Source: the human T2T-CHM13v2.0 reference genome, Homo sapiens. From it: 64,000 nt of DNA. The DNA lies in NCBI RefSeq assembly GCF_009914755.1, contig NC_060926.1, one strand, 5' to 3'. Below the pieces are notes generated by a model that was not told the origin of the DNA, ran no database searches, and was given only the letters and a program-made list of their open reading frames with translations. Position numbers and translations under genes: made by a program. Shown here in pieces: positions 1-22,232 of the stretch (within the stretch, counting starts at the first letter, position 1; each line of letters begins with the position of its first letter).

Positions 1-132
1 TTTAGTAGAGATGGGGATTTCACCATGTTGGCCAGGCATGCCAGGATGGTCTTGAACTCCTCACTTCAGGTGCTCCACCCGCCTCAGCTTCCCAAAGTGC
101 TGGGATTACAGGCGTGAGCTGCCGCTCCCGGC
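1..132 (-). mobile_element. AluS left-monomer portion, truncated by window edge
   Basis: Reverse Alu sequence (cccaaagtgctgggattacaggcgtgag...cccggcc). Confidence 0.9.
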
Positions 133-481
133 CATGGTCCAGTCTTTATGAGGGCAGCATCTCCTATTAGTCTCCCATATTGGATGGGTCCTGAACTTTG
201 TCTTCCATGAAAACTGAAGTTCAAGTTTGCCAAGTTTGGAAAGTAGCTTCAATACTCCACTTAGGGTTCATGCCTTCTCTTAGATTTTAGCATGATGCTT
301 TCCTTACTATATTGCAAACTGCTTTTTAAAAAAGATGCTTTTGATATTTAAAACAGTAATTAGTTGTTGTTTTCAACAAGAGGGTCAGTGTAGCTTGCTG
401 TATTACTGGAAATAGAAGTCCTTATCTCAATAAATTGTACCTTCAATCACTTGGTTGTTCGCTTCAGGAACATCGGAGTCC

Positions 482-1053
<572 letters not shown>

Positions 1054-1059
1054 ATATAC

Positions 1060-1426
<367 letters not shown>

Positions 1427-1467
1427 TTAACATACCATACAGTTCACCCATTTAAAGTACGCAATTT

Positions 1468-1962
1468 GGCGGGGCACGGTGGCTCATGCCTGTAATCCCA
1501 GCACTTTGGGAGGCCTAGGCAGGTGGATCACTTGAGGTCAGGAGTTTGAGACCAGCCTGGCCAACATGGTAAGACCCCGTCTCTACTAAAAATACAAAAA
1601 TTAGCTGGGCGTGGTGGCAGCAGGCACCTGTAATCCCAGCTACTTGGGAGGCTGAGGCAGGAGAATCACTTGAACCCTGAAGGTAGAGGTTTCAGTGAGC
1701 CGAGATCATGCCATTGCACTCCAGCCTGGGCGACAAGGGTAAAACTCCATCTAAAAAAAAAAAAATTAGCTGGGCGTGGTGGTATGCACCTATAATCCCA
1801 GTTACTCGGGAGGCTGAGGCAGGAGAATACCTTGAAGCCGGGAGGTGGAGGTTGCAAGATCTTACCACTGCATTCTGGCCTGGGCGACAGAGCAAGACGC
1901 TGTCTCAAAAAGTAATAAAATAAAATAAAATAAAATAAAATAAAATAAAATAAAATAAAATA
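1468..1962 (+). mobile_element. AluS with an extra right monomer (trimeric) and (TAAAA)n tail
   Basis: Left arm, right arm to about 1765, then a second aaattagctgggcgtggtgg right arm to about 1910. Confidence 0.85.
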
Positions 1963-1982
1963 AGATAATAAAGTATGCAATT

Positions 1983-2236
1983 TGGCTGGGTGCAGTGGCT
2001 CATTCCTGTAATTCTAGCACTTTGACAGCCCAGGAGTTTGAGACCAGCTTGGGCGAGATGGTGAAACTTTGTCTCTATTAAAAATAAAAAAAATTAGCCA
2101 GACATGGTGGCATGTGCCTGTAGTCCCAGCCACTCAGGAAGCTGAAGTGGGAAGATCCCTTGAGCCTGGGAGATTGAGGCTGAAGTGAGCTTAGATTGCA
2201 CCACTGCTCTCCAGCCTGGATGACAGAGCAGGACCC

Positions 2237-2276
<40 letters not shown>

Positions 2277-2290
2277 ATGGAATAAAAAAT
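1983..2290 (+). mobile_element. AluJ with (TAAA)n tail
   Basis: Alu dimer with J-type features. Confidence 0.85.
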
Positions 2291-2565
2291 AAAGCACACA
2301 ATTCAATAGCTTTTAGAATATTTGCAGAGTTATGCACCCATTGCCACCATCAATTTTATAACATTTTATTATCCCAAAGAGAAACCCTTATCCACTATCC
2401 ACCAATCTACTGATCATTCCCTCAGCCCTAGGCAACCATTAATCTACTTTCTGTCGCTATAGATTTGCCTATTCTGAACATTTCATATGAAGGGAATCAC
2501 ACACTATGTAGTCCTTTGTGATGGCTTCACTTAGCATCAGGTTTTCAAGGTTCATCCATGTTGAG
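2291..2565 (-). mobile_element. Old L1M 3' end fragment (continues from about 1420-1467)
   Basis: ccctaggcaaccattaatctactttctgtc...ttcacttagcat...ttcaaggttcatccatgttg is typical antisense L1MB-type 3' UTR. Confidence 0.75.
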
Positions 2566-2669
2566 TCTAGATACCTCCATTTCTCTCATCAAGTTATTAT
2601 GCTCCAGCCTTACTGAAGCAGCCATGCTCTTTTTCTCACATCAGCATCTTTGGAAATGTTCTCCCCACA

Positions 2670-3040
2670 GGCACTGTTGATTGGCTCAGCCAATATTCAT
2701 TGCAACCTTCTTCTAGTATGTCCTGCTCTATGGGCAAAACTGGAACACTAACCAGACATTTCCCAGAGCTCCTTTCAGCTAGATGAAAAATAGAACATAA
2801 GTTCTGCCAAGCAGATGCTCCCATTTGAGATTTGAATTCACAATTGAGTAAAATTGGGTAGAGGAGTCATCTGCATCATCGGCATGAATTGTAGAAGAGG
2901 AGGCAATGTGCTCCTGGTCAGCAGCTTCCTGTGGGGCAGCTATGATGTTCACCCACAGAAGAAGCTGTAGGATTCTGGGGTTGATGATTGTTCCTAGAAG
3001 CTCCACCTCAAACCTGCTTCTCCAGCTCATCAAATGTTAA
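2670..3040. mobile_element. Ancient ERVL-type LTR remnant (LTR33-like)
   Basis: cagccaatattcattgcaaccttcttctag...acatttcccagagctcctttcagctag resembles old ERVL LTR consensus (from memory). Confidence 0.4.
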
Positions 3041-3160
3041 TTTTGTACACCTGCTAATATCTGATCATAAGTGCATTTTATTGTCCTTGGAAGAGACTTT
3101 AAGAGCCTCTGTGGTTTGTTCTCTTCCCTAACTCCAACGAAATGAAATTCTTGTCATTCA

Positions 3161-3484
<324 letters not shown>

Positions 3485-3616
3485 CTAGCTAGTTGTTCTG
3501 TTTTAAAAGATCTCCAGAGACTGAAATCTTGAAATCTTGAAATCCCCTGTCCTAAGTTACAAGGTCTCCCTCACAGTCAAGTAGCTTTTCTTCATATCAA
3601 AGCAAACACTTTAGAG

Positions 3617-4531
3617 CAGTGCTGTTCAATAGAAATAGGATCCAGGCCACATAGGGAATTCCAGATTTTCCAGTAGCCATATTTAAAAAGTAGAAAGGAA
3701 ATTAGTGAAATTAATTTTAACGATATATTTTATTTAACCCAATATGCCCCAAATTTTATTGTGTCAACAAGTAATCAATATAAAAAGCAGGCTGGGCCGG
3801 GCACAGTGGCTCACGCTTGTAATCCTAGCACTTTGGGAGGCCGAGATGGGCGGATCACGAGGTCAGGAGATCGAGACCATCCTGGCTAACACAGTGAAAC
3901 CCTGTCTCTACTAAAAACACAAAAATTAGCTGGGCGTGGTGGCGGGCGCCTATAGTCCCAGCTACTCGGAGGCTGAGGCAGGAGAATGGCATGTACCCGG
4001 GAGGCAGAGCTTGCAGTGAGCCGAGATTGTGCCACTGCACTCCAGCCTGGGCGACAGAGCCAGACTCTGCCTCAAAAAAAAAAAAAAGTAGGATGGGTGC
4101 GGCAGCTCACCGTAATCCCAGCACTTTGGGAGTCTGAGCAGGGAGGATCGCTTGAAGCCAGGAGTTCAAGATCAGTCTGGCGAAACAGCAAGACCCCATC
4201 TCTGCAAAACTAAAAAATAAATTAGCCAGGTGTGGTGGTGCACCTCTGTGGCCCCAGCTACTCCAGGGGCTAAGGTGGGAGGATTACTTGAGTTGAGGAG
4301 GTCGAGGCTACAGTAAGCTGTGATTGTATCACTGCATCCCAGCCTGGGCCATAGAGCAAGACTCCATCTCTAAGAAAAAATTAAAAACAAAAAAGTAAAA
4401 AGTTATTAACACGAACTTTTTGAAATCCAGTGTGTATTTTATACTTGCAGTTCATCTCAGCTTGGACCAGCCACATTTCAAGTGCTTAACAGCCACATGT
4501 GGCACGTAGCCACCTATATTAGACAGAGTAG
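3617..4531. mobile_element. MER33 hAT-Charlie MITE split by two Alus
   Basis: Ends cagtgctgttcaatag and tattagacagagtag; perfect 8-bp TSD ctttagag at 3609-3616 and 4532-4539. Confidence 0.85.
3790..4395 (+). mobile_element. AluY (3796-4088) followed by AluJ (about 4090-4395) inside MER33
   Basis: AluY diagnostics ggagatcgagaccatcctggctaacac and gcagagcttgcagtgagccgaga; J-type arms follow. Confidence 0.88.
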
Positions 4532-4639
4532 CTTTAGAGCCATTTAATACCCCTCCCCTTGGTTACCCTTGGAAACCAACAGAATAGATCCCTTATGATA
4601 AACTTTCAGATAAAAGACAAGGATCGAGTCACTCTCTCA

Positions 4640-5803
<1,164 letters not shown>

Positions 5804-6141
5804 AGTGTGACTTTTAAAGCTTGTGTTGGACATGGGATGTGGTTGGCCCTTCCTCTTCTGACCTCCTACCCCTCCACTGGCAGGAAGTTCAGCACATATT
5901 TGGAACTCCATGAAAACAGCTGGGACCAGGGCAAGCGCCTTCAGTCCTACTTCGGAATGCAGCAACTCCCTGTAAAAATCACAGGAAAAAGCTGAATTAT
6001 GAGTTTGTTGTTGTTGCTTGGCTTCTTTTCTTTTTTTTTGAATTATGAATTTTAATATTGCTGATAACACTCACAGTAGGTTAAGGTGTGTCCATTGAAT
6101 GAACATAAGGCTTTTTAATGTTAATAATAATAAAGATTCAC

Positions 6142-6430
<289 letters not shown>

Positions 6431-6465
6431 ATTAAAAATAAAGACTCACAGAAAAGGGAAGGCTA

Positions 6466-7063
<598 letters not shown>

Positions 7064-7319
7064 TGGCAAAGCTAGTTGAATGAAGAGGGCAAAGAAGCCA
7101 GCCTTCTGGTCGGGAGTTGTTGATGATCTGATATGAGGCCCCTCCTCACTTTCTCTCCACCCCCTGCCTCCCTTCCTGTGCCCAAACTTGTTATTTATTC
7201 AGGCCAACCATAGTAGCCTGCAATAGCACCCAGCTTCCTTTCTTCGCTCCTTCTTTCTTTTCTTCCATCCTTCTTTCCCTCCTTCCTTTTCTTTTTCTTT
7301 CTTGCTCTCTTTCCCCCAC

Positions 7320-7866
<547 letters not shown>

Positions 7867-8498
7867 TAATGATCTGTTCCTGGTGAGCTCCCTGTCCTTT
7901 TAAGTCACAGCTGACTCACCAGGGCATGTTGTCAATCTTTAGGCTAACCAATGACCTTTGCCCTGTGCCTGGTGCAATAGCTTCTGCCAGTTTGAAGTGG
8001 AGGCGGGGTGAGGAGTAGGGGAGAATGATGCAGATGTGTATTAATGGCATATTAATGGAAGAGCATCAGGAGGAAAGCCCACAGAGCCCTGCAGTTGAAA
8101 GCCCCTCAGCAGCTTTGAGCCCAACACCACCCCCTACTCCAGCCATAGGAAGCTCAGGGACAGCTCCTCTTGGATTAATTTGAGAGCCTCTTTATTATGC
8201 CTTACAATAAAACTTCTTTATGTTAGCTAACTGCAGTGAACCTCAATTCCTTACAACCAAAAGAGTCTAGAGTAAAATGGTCTATAAGTTCTAAAACACC
8301 AAATATAATGGACACATTTTATGTTTCCAGCCCGCAACTTCCTTCTCTGAGAACTGCCCCACTTGAAGGTATGAACACCACCAAAAACTACAGGCAAACA
8401 AAAAAAGCACTGTCAATATCCATTCATCTAACAAATACCTATTGAATGCCTACTATATCTATATACCAAAATTAGAGTAGTTTCAACTATATGTGTGA

Positions 8499-8840
<342 letters not shown>

Positions 8841-9179
8841 TATAACCATGATTTTACAGAAAAATTTGTTTTACATCTCTCTGCCCAAATTGTCTTCCAA
8901 TTAATATTTGGCCTAGCTGGTATGCAAGCTAAAGATTGCTTGCAGGGAACACAGGTAGCACAGTGTGTATCTCACTTGAGAAAAAGCTGCTGACTTTCAT
9001 TATTGCTTCCTGAACAAAGTCGGGGAAGGGACCAAGAACGTGAGAGGTGATGTTTTAAAATGCAGCTGTATGTAAGGCATCCACAGGAAAGTAAACAGTG
9101 CAGTACTAGTGGAGTATGTTTACTGAAACAGGTGGCAGAGACACCTGGAAAGTCTCTGAAATGAGTCATTGGTAATTTA

Positions 9180-9495
9180 TATTTTATTTCTTTGATATAT
9201 ATTTTTTGAGACAAGGTCTTGCTCTGTTGCCTAGGCTGGAGTGCAGTGGCAGGATCACGGCTCATTCACTGCATCCTCCACCTCCCAGGCTCAAGTGATC
9301 CTCCTGCTTCAGTCTCGGGAATAGCTGTGACTACAGGCGTGCACCACCACGCCTGGCTAACTCTTCTGTTTTTTTGTAGAGACAGGGTTTTCTCCATGTT
9401 GCTCAGGCTGGTCTTGAACACTTGGGCTCAAGAGATTCTCCCATCTGGGCCTCAAAAAGTGCTGGGATTACAGGTGTGAGCCATCATGTCCAGTC
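9180..9495 (-). mobile_element. AluJ
   Basis: Reverse dimer; cattggt(a/g)att flanks. Confidence 0.85.
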
Positions 9496-10087
9496 CAGGC
9501 ATTGGTGATTCATAACATTGAATCAGTTATCTGCTTTACACACTCTTTAAGTTAGGTAGGTTTTGTCAGACTTACATATATTGAGTAATACTTGCACTCA
9601 AAATTAAATTCATTCAAATAAAGACCATGGAAGAAAAAATAATTAGGTTTTCATCCAGTGGGAAAAAACTCTATACAAGAGTGATTCTTTACCTTTTTGA
9701 GTATGAGAATTCCAGATCTTTATGATTTCAAAAGTAATAATGTTCATTAAAAAAATTTAAACATTATAGAAAAGTATTCATTCATTCAGTAACTATTTAT
9801 TTAGCACCTACTACCTATAAGACCCTGGACTAAGCCCTAGAGATGTAATAGTGAGCATAAAATAGATAATCTCCTATAAGCTCACCTTCTGGAAAAAGCA
9901 TTATTAATAGTCTGGTGAAGTTTGTTCTAGACCTTGCACATGTCTGGATTCTAACTCAGGATGATAAGTCTGTGGCCCTGACCCTCCTTCTGAGGGTCCT
10001 AAGATAGGAACCACTGCTCTAGAGGTGTTAGATGAAATGTTTGGCTTCACAGACTTCTGCCTCTGCACTACATGTCACTGATAGTCA

Positions 10088-10415
<328 letters not shown>

Positions 10416-10644
10416 AATCTGCATGACTACCCTTGAGAAAAGTCTCTTGCAGTGGAATTCAAGGCCATGCCACAACAGACTTTGGCACCACGCCTCTTCC
10501 TGATGGGAGCTGTCTTCGTAAGAGGCCGTACAAAAGCAAGGGAGGACAAACGTTTCCTGCTGTCCCTTTAATCAGATGGTGGAGAATGGGGAAAATATCC
10601 TGTTTCAGATCCAGGGCAGCCAACAGGTATTTGATCACTTACTT

Positions 10645-10970
10645 CAGGGGTCCCCAACCACCACTGCAGACCGGTACCCGTGAGTAGCCTGTTAGGAACC
10701 GGCTGCACAGCAGGAGGTGAGAGGTGGGCAAGTGCTGGGCAAGTAAGCATTACCGCCTGAGCTCCTCTTCCTGTCAGGTCAGCATGGCATTCGATTCTCA
10801 TAGGACCGCTAACCCTATTGTGAACTGTGCATGCGAGGGATCTCTGTGCATTCCTTTTAAGAATTTAATGCGTGAGAATAGTTTCATACCGAAACCACTT
10901 CCCACCCCATCCAGGAAAAATTGTCTTCCACGAAATCTGTCCCTGGTGCCAAAAAGGTTGGGGACTGCTG
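10645..10970 (+). mobile_element. MER1B hAT-Charlie MITE
   Basis: Terminal inverted repeats caggggtccccaacc ... ggttggggactgctg; partial TSD actta. Confidence 0.85.
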
Positions 10971-12091
10971 ACTTAGCATCTTGGAGCCTTAGTCCAGGAA
11001 AGATTAAATGTTGAGATGAACATTCCAGTTATATTTGAAGAGAGAGGCGGTTTCATGTTGCTCTTAGGAGGAAATTACTGGAGCAGGTACACACCCACAT
11101 AGTTTTGAGGACATTGTTCCTAAATCTCTGATATCATGCACATCTCCCATGTCAGAGATGCTCGTGGAAGTGTGCTGGGTGGAGCGTCTAGATTAGCTGT
11201 CTCTCATTACACCTTGTCTTTTGGGTTTCTAGGCATATAGTTTACAATCTAGCCTTGGGTTGTCATCCATGAGATCAATCTCCTGCATTTTTAATTTTTG
11301 TGCTTATAACTAAGTCTTCTTTAATGATGCTTTAATTGGGAATTTTGGCCTAAATATTCAAAAGATTTCATCGGAGAAACTTCAGGGAAAGTATCTTTTA
11401 CAATATACATATTGGCAGTTTTGATTAAATAAATTATTTATGCCATCTGCTGGTCTTCTTAGGTCTCACTTTTTCATTATTAATTTTTTTTACATTTAAC
11501 TTGTATTTATGCTATACACAAATGTGTCTAGAATAATCCTTCAATCAAACCCATAAATGTTTTATAAGGAAGGTACTGAGTTACAGAACTTGATTCTGAC
11601 CCATACCATCTATTTTTAAAATTTCCCCGTCCAAGACTAATTTAAAAAGATATTTATATATTATTTAGGGGAGAGCAATTATTCTGTAGTATAGACTAAG
11701 ATTGCTAAACAGTGTGTATTTTGGACTTCAAAGCCTTTATGAATATCAAAGAAGGTACATGATCCTGCTGAATAGTGAAGTTTGTCATCTCTACAAATGT
11801 AAAATAGCTCATTTAGCTAGAAATTCATTAAATGACTCTTCCTCCAAGAAAAAATTAACAAAGGTAACAAAGTCATTGCAACTGTTTTGTGTCCCCTTTG
11901 CCATCTGCCATCCCTCTATTCCTACCTGCCTCCTTCTAGTACATAGTCAGGTTGGAAGAATGTTTTAGGTAACCCATGATTGATGTTTCCCGATTAATTC
12001 ATATATATGCCTCAGAGTACTATAGGAGACTAATGAGGAGCAAATCGATGTGCTGCTAGAACTCTCCAAATTGAATTTTGCGTGAGGGTAA

Positions 12092-12695
<604 letters not shown>

Positions 12696-13062
12696 AAACA
12701 ACTAATAACTACGCCCAGGAGAAGGTCAGCTGCGGGGGTTAAGCCCTTGGGCTGGTTTTAGTGTTGCCCCTACTCCAATCTCCCTGTGGAGTTCTTAGGG
12801 GAAAAAGCTGCGAGTAATTTCAGCACTAAAGGAATTTCCTGAAAAAAGTGGGGAATCTTTTAAAATAATAATAATTAAAAAAGCTTATGTAAAATCGATG
12901 GCTGGTAACAAGAGATGTAAATAACAATTCAGACAGAGGTTTGTTGAAATCCTAGGATATTTTAACTGAGATGGTTTCAGAGAATAGCTATTCTGTCCAA
13001 ACCAAAGAGCAAAGAGTATATATAATTTCCTAAACATTTTTGAGTATGTAAAACACACATAC

Positions 13063-13170
13063 CAGGATTGAAATATACAGCTGCACCTGACACATACAGC
13101 ACAACTCCAGGGGTGCCATTTGCAGATAAGAATATGAAGAGCCCACTTTGGATTACACAGTGGCAGCCCT
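13063..13170. mobile_element. MER91-like hAT MITE remnant
   Basis: gcacaactccaggggtgccatt...gtggcagccct resembles MER91B (from memory). Confidence 0.5.
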
Positions 13171-13297
13171 TTGCAGATAGTACACAAATCAAAGATTCAA
13201 ACAGGTAAACAGCAGGAAGTTAGTTTCTCTGCCACCTTGTCCCCTAGGTGTCCTATCTGGGGCAGCAATTCATTAATCTTTGAGTGTCCTTCTCAAG

Positions 13298-13603
13298 TTT
13301 TTTTTTTTTCTTTTTTTGAGACAGAGTCTCACTCTGTCACCCACACTGGAGGCCAGAGTGTAGTGGCACGATCTCGGCTCCCTGCAACTTCTGCCTCCTG
13401 GGGTTCAAGCGATTCTGCCTCAGCTTTCTGAGTAGCTGGGATTACAGGCATGCGCCACCCGGGCTAATTTTTGTATTTTTAGTAGAGATGGGGTTTCACC
13501 ATGTTGGCCAGGCTGGTCTCAAACTCCTGACCGCAAGTGATCCACCCGCCTCGGCCTCTCAAAATGCTGGGATTATAGGTGTGAGCCACCGCCATGCCCG
13601 GCT
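13298..13603 (-). mobile_element. AluS
   Basis: Reverse dimer with poly-T. Confidence 0.88.
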
Positions 13604-14369
13604 AGCACTGATATTTTTAATACCATACTGTTTGCTGGTTCATGTTACCCAAGAAGCAGGGCTGCTCTTGATCATCCTTCTTTGATTTCTTGTCTAGACC
13701 GAGAGGCCTCTGCATTATTTTAAGCAAGTAGGGAACACTCACCCTTAACAGGAGCAGTGGGCCATTTCTGCAGGCCCATATGGTTTAGAGGGATCTATAG
13801 TCTCAAGGTTTTTAAGTGCATCAATCCAAATACCCCTGTCCCAAGTCTCAGGATTTCACTTCTTCCTAGTCAAGACCTTCACCTTGATGTAGCAGACTTG
13901 CTAAGACTAAGAACTCAAATTTCTCTGGAGTTCTGCCACCCTTAGAAGTAAATGCAGGGCCCCATCTCAAGCTTTTTCTGCCCTCTGGCTGTGGGAGATG
14001 AGAGTCCCTGGATAAGCTGCCAAGGAATCCCTCTTTGTTTTCACACTGGGCCTTCAGTTGGTGATTCATCACCTTCCCTCTTTTGATGTCTTTTAAAAAT
14101 GCATCAAGGATCCTCAGAAAGAGCCATGTGGTTCATTGTCCTTCGTGGTTAGTACTTTTTCCAATCTCTCAAAACCTTAGATATTGCAGTGGCTGGTACA
14201 TTCTCTTCCAGGAGTATTCCATCCAAGATCACCACTAGTGAAAGTTTAACAACTGCACTGCATGCCAGGAGCTGGCAGTGCGACTCCTACCATCAGCAAT
14301 GGGGTCTTCATTGCCAACTGGCAGATGGGTAATCACTGTAGAGTCTGTTTCCACAAACCACTCCCGGCC

Positions 14370-16159
<1,790 letters not shown>

Positions 16160-16374
16160 AGATTATAAGTAAAATTCAATAAAGGATTAGTGAGAAAAGG
16201 GATCAAAGACAGTTCACTGGAGAAACTCCTGCATGTACATCACAATAGGAAGAAGAATTGCCAGAAAAAGAGATGCCAGAGAGAGAACAAAGTGAGCAGA
16301 CAGCCTTGGGACACAAGGAAGCTGATGGGAGAAGTCCACAGGAAGCTTGGAGTTTCTTAATCCAGTCTCCTAGC

Positions 16375-16678
<304 letters not shown>

Positions 16679-17607
16679 TAAATCTCCTAACTTTAAAGAT
16701 GAGGAATTCCAGAGCAGAAAGGCTAAGGGGCTTAATTCCAAGTCACCCAGTAAGTCAGTAACAAAGCCCAGACTAACATTCATGTTTTCTGACCCTTCAT
16801 CCAATATTCTTAACTCTGTTTCTCTCTTACATATTGTGTAGGTGATCTCTTTCTTATTTCCCTCGGAGCGAGGAAAAGTTAAATTAGAAAAACTCTGAAG
16901 TATTCTGTTTGTGGGAGTTTGCTTCCTAACTTCATTAACTCTCACCAAAAAATTCTTAAATTATATTTATTATTATGTTAGTTTTTCTTTTCGCTTTGAA
17001 TAATGTCCACAAGGTGACATCAGTGAATATGAAGGGAGTTACTAACAAGTGTATAGATTTTATTTTTAAAGCTTTTGAGTAATTCCACAAAAAAATTTTC
17101 TTTTGAGCAGACTGGCTGCCTACCTTGTCATAGACTTATAAGAGAAACAAGGGATGTTTCTTTCATTTCCCTGCTTTAAATATAAGGCCGAACTTAGTAA
17201 TGCTTCTTTTTCTCTTTTTTAAATAAAACTTATCATGGTATGCCAAGAATGTTTAGTTGAAAAACACAAGATAAGAAGGGTTGAACTATCATTGAAATGT
17301 TATAAATTGCAACAGTTAATTTAGTCTCGTGCCTCCAGATTCGTGGTTATTTTAGAATAAAATTTCCTGGAAAAAAAAAATTGGTGATTGGTAGTGGGAT
17401 TGGTTTCCGAGATCTGGTACTGTTAACACCCAGTTTTAGATATAGCTTTAGAATTTGTGATTGAGAGACCCCCTGCCTAGGTTAGGGCATGTGGGCCCTA
17501 CAGACACACATTAAGACAATATTGAAAATTAGGGCTTGAAATTCCCAGATATCCTTGTGGGAAAAAAACAGTTTTCCCAAGGGCCTAATGACTTAAACAG
17601 ATCCTAT

Positions 17608-18207
17608 TGATACAGGAGTCAAGAAGAAACTACTTAGGCAGATAGTAAGGGTATGGCAGTCCTCGGTTAGGCTTTTCTTTTTAATGAAAAGCAGCCCCAA
17701 GTCATTTTCTTAACAGAGCAGCCTGTAAAGTCCAGCTGTAGACATAGACAAGCAAGCTGGGAGCTTGCATGGGTGAATACCTGCAGTAACCAGGGACTAG
17801 ACATGTTCAAGATGGCGGGCTCCATCTTCCCTTCTCTGCCAGCCACGTGTACAATAAAGAGCAGAAAAGATGGCGTTGGCCAAGAAAAGTTCATTTGCAT
17901 AATAAGATTAGGGTGGCGTGACCAGCCTTCCCCAGGTGCTATGTAAACGTCATACCTGCCAATCTGTGAGCCCTGTGTAAATCAGACACTGCCTTCTCAA
18001 TCTGACTATAAAGTCCGGGGCATCGGGCACGGGCTGGTCTTTTCTGCTCGGAGACCCCTTTTTCTATAGAGAGCTGTTTCCCTTTCTCTTCCCTTCTGCC
18101 TATTAAACCTCTGCTCCTAAACTACTCCTGTGTGTTTGTGTTCTAAATTTTCCTGGTGTGCAGTGAAAAACCCCAGGGTATATACCCCAGACAATGCAAC
18201 TGCTTCA
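17608..18207 (+). mobile_element. Full-length ERV1 solo LTR, LTR9 family (HUERS-P3 group)
   Basis: TG...CA termini, 600 bp, perfect TSD ctat (17604-17607, 18208-18211), TATA-like ctataaa near 18006, attaaa poly(A) signal near 18102. Confidence 0.8.
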
Positions 18208-18478
18208 CTATTGTCATTGTACCCATCTTACCTCACTTAAGAGTTAGTGTCACACTTACACACACTTAAGAGTTGTGTAAAAACAGAAGGTGTTGGGCAC
18301 CATAAAGACACTAAATACTGACTGGGGAGAGAACACAGGAAGTATAAGGCTTTTCTTCCTCCAGCTACTCCCCTATGCTTTGTGGGGAGGCACAGGGTCA
18401 CTTTTTCATTTGTTTTGTTTTGCTTTTTGACTCTGGCAACAACTTACTTTAATAGGCCAATAATTTTTATTCAGATAC

Positions 18479-19123
18479 TATCTGAGGCATTCAAACCAGA
18501 GAAACTCCATTTTGAATAGGGGCTGGGTAAAATAAGGCTGAGGCCTGCTGGGCTGCATTCCCAGGATGTTAGGCATTCCTAGTCACAGGATGACACAGGA
18601 GGTCAGCAGAGCTGGTATCAAGATACAGGTCATAAGGACCCTACCAGCTAAACAGGATGCAGTAAAGAAGCTGGCCAAAACCCACCAAATCCAAGATGGC
18701 GACAAAAGTGACCTTTGGTTGTCCTCACTGCTGCTTATATGCCAATTATAATGCATTAGCATGCTAGAAGACACTCCCACCAGCGCCATGACAGTTTACA
18801 ACTGCCATGGCAACATCAGGATGTTACCCTAAACGGCCTAAAAAGGGGGAGAAACTCTCAGTTCTAGGCACTCCGCACTCCTATCCCAGAAAACTCATGA
18901 ATAATTCACTCTTTCTTTAGCATATAATCAAGAAATAACCATAAGTATACTCAGGCAAGCAGCCCATGCCACTGCTCTGCCTATGGAGTAGCATTCTTCT
19001 GTTTCTTTACTACTCTAATAAACTTGCTTTCACTTTACTCTATGGACTTGCCCCGAATTCTTTCTTGTGTGAGATCCAAGAACCCTCTCTTGGGGTCTAG
19101 ACTGGGACCCCTTTCTGGTAACA
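18479..19123 (+). mobile_element. MER41 (A/B-like) solo LTR
   Basis: gaggcattcaaaccagag...ccaagatggcgac...aataaacttgctttcacttt...ggacccctttctggtaaca; TSD atac/atat. Confidence 0.85.
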
Positions 19124-19166
19124 ATATTGCAGTTACGCTCCCTAGTAGCATACTAAAAATTATTCT

Positions 19167-20327
<1,161 letters not shown>

Positions 20328-20627
20328 TGAAACTGTTAAATTCCGCGATATTGAGCAATATGGACCATATTTCCCCTCAAAATACATTCTTGTATAAATA
20401 TAGTAAGTTACATTTCCTTGAGTTAATTTTTAATTTTCAGATGGGAAACTAACCCAAGAAAGGACAATTTATTCAGAGACCTAGGATCTTCATTCATGTT
20501 CTAAAGCTAAAACAAATATATGAATACAAACATATGGATATTTGAAAATACCTGGAAGATTAGAAGGTTCGATTTCCAATTAAGATCTTTGCCATTGTAT
20601 GTAGAGAACATGAAGAGACAGCTTGTG

Positions 20628-20965
<338 letters not shown>

Positions 20966-21104
20966 TCAGCTCATCAGACTGGTGTATAAAATCCAAACTC
21001 CAATATACGGATCTATGGTGAGAAACGTATTGTTGCTCAGACCTGAGTCCATGTATTAGCATAATGATGACTGCATTTTCTCTCAGTAGATGAATTATAT
21101 ATAT

Positions 21105-21770
<666 letters not shown>

Positions 21771-22034
21771 TAAGTCGTCATAAATTTAAAAGTAAGAAAG
21801 TCATACAAAGTGTTTTCTGGGCTAGTGCAGTGGCTCACACCTCAAATCCCAGCACTTTTTGGCTGAGGTGGAAGCATCACTTGAGGTGAGCAATTTGAGA
21901 CCAACCTGGACAACACAGAAAAAACCCTGTTTCAATTTAAAAAGTTGGTTCTGGCTGGCGCGGTGGCTCATGCCTATAATCCCAGCACTTTGGGTGGATC
22001 ACTTGAGGTCAGGAGTTCAAGATCAGCCTGGTCA

Positions 22035-22232
<198 letters not shown>

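Noticed and set aside
3521-3544. tgaaatct repeated three times
   Set aside because: Trivial 8-bp slippage repeat.
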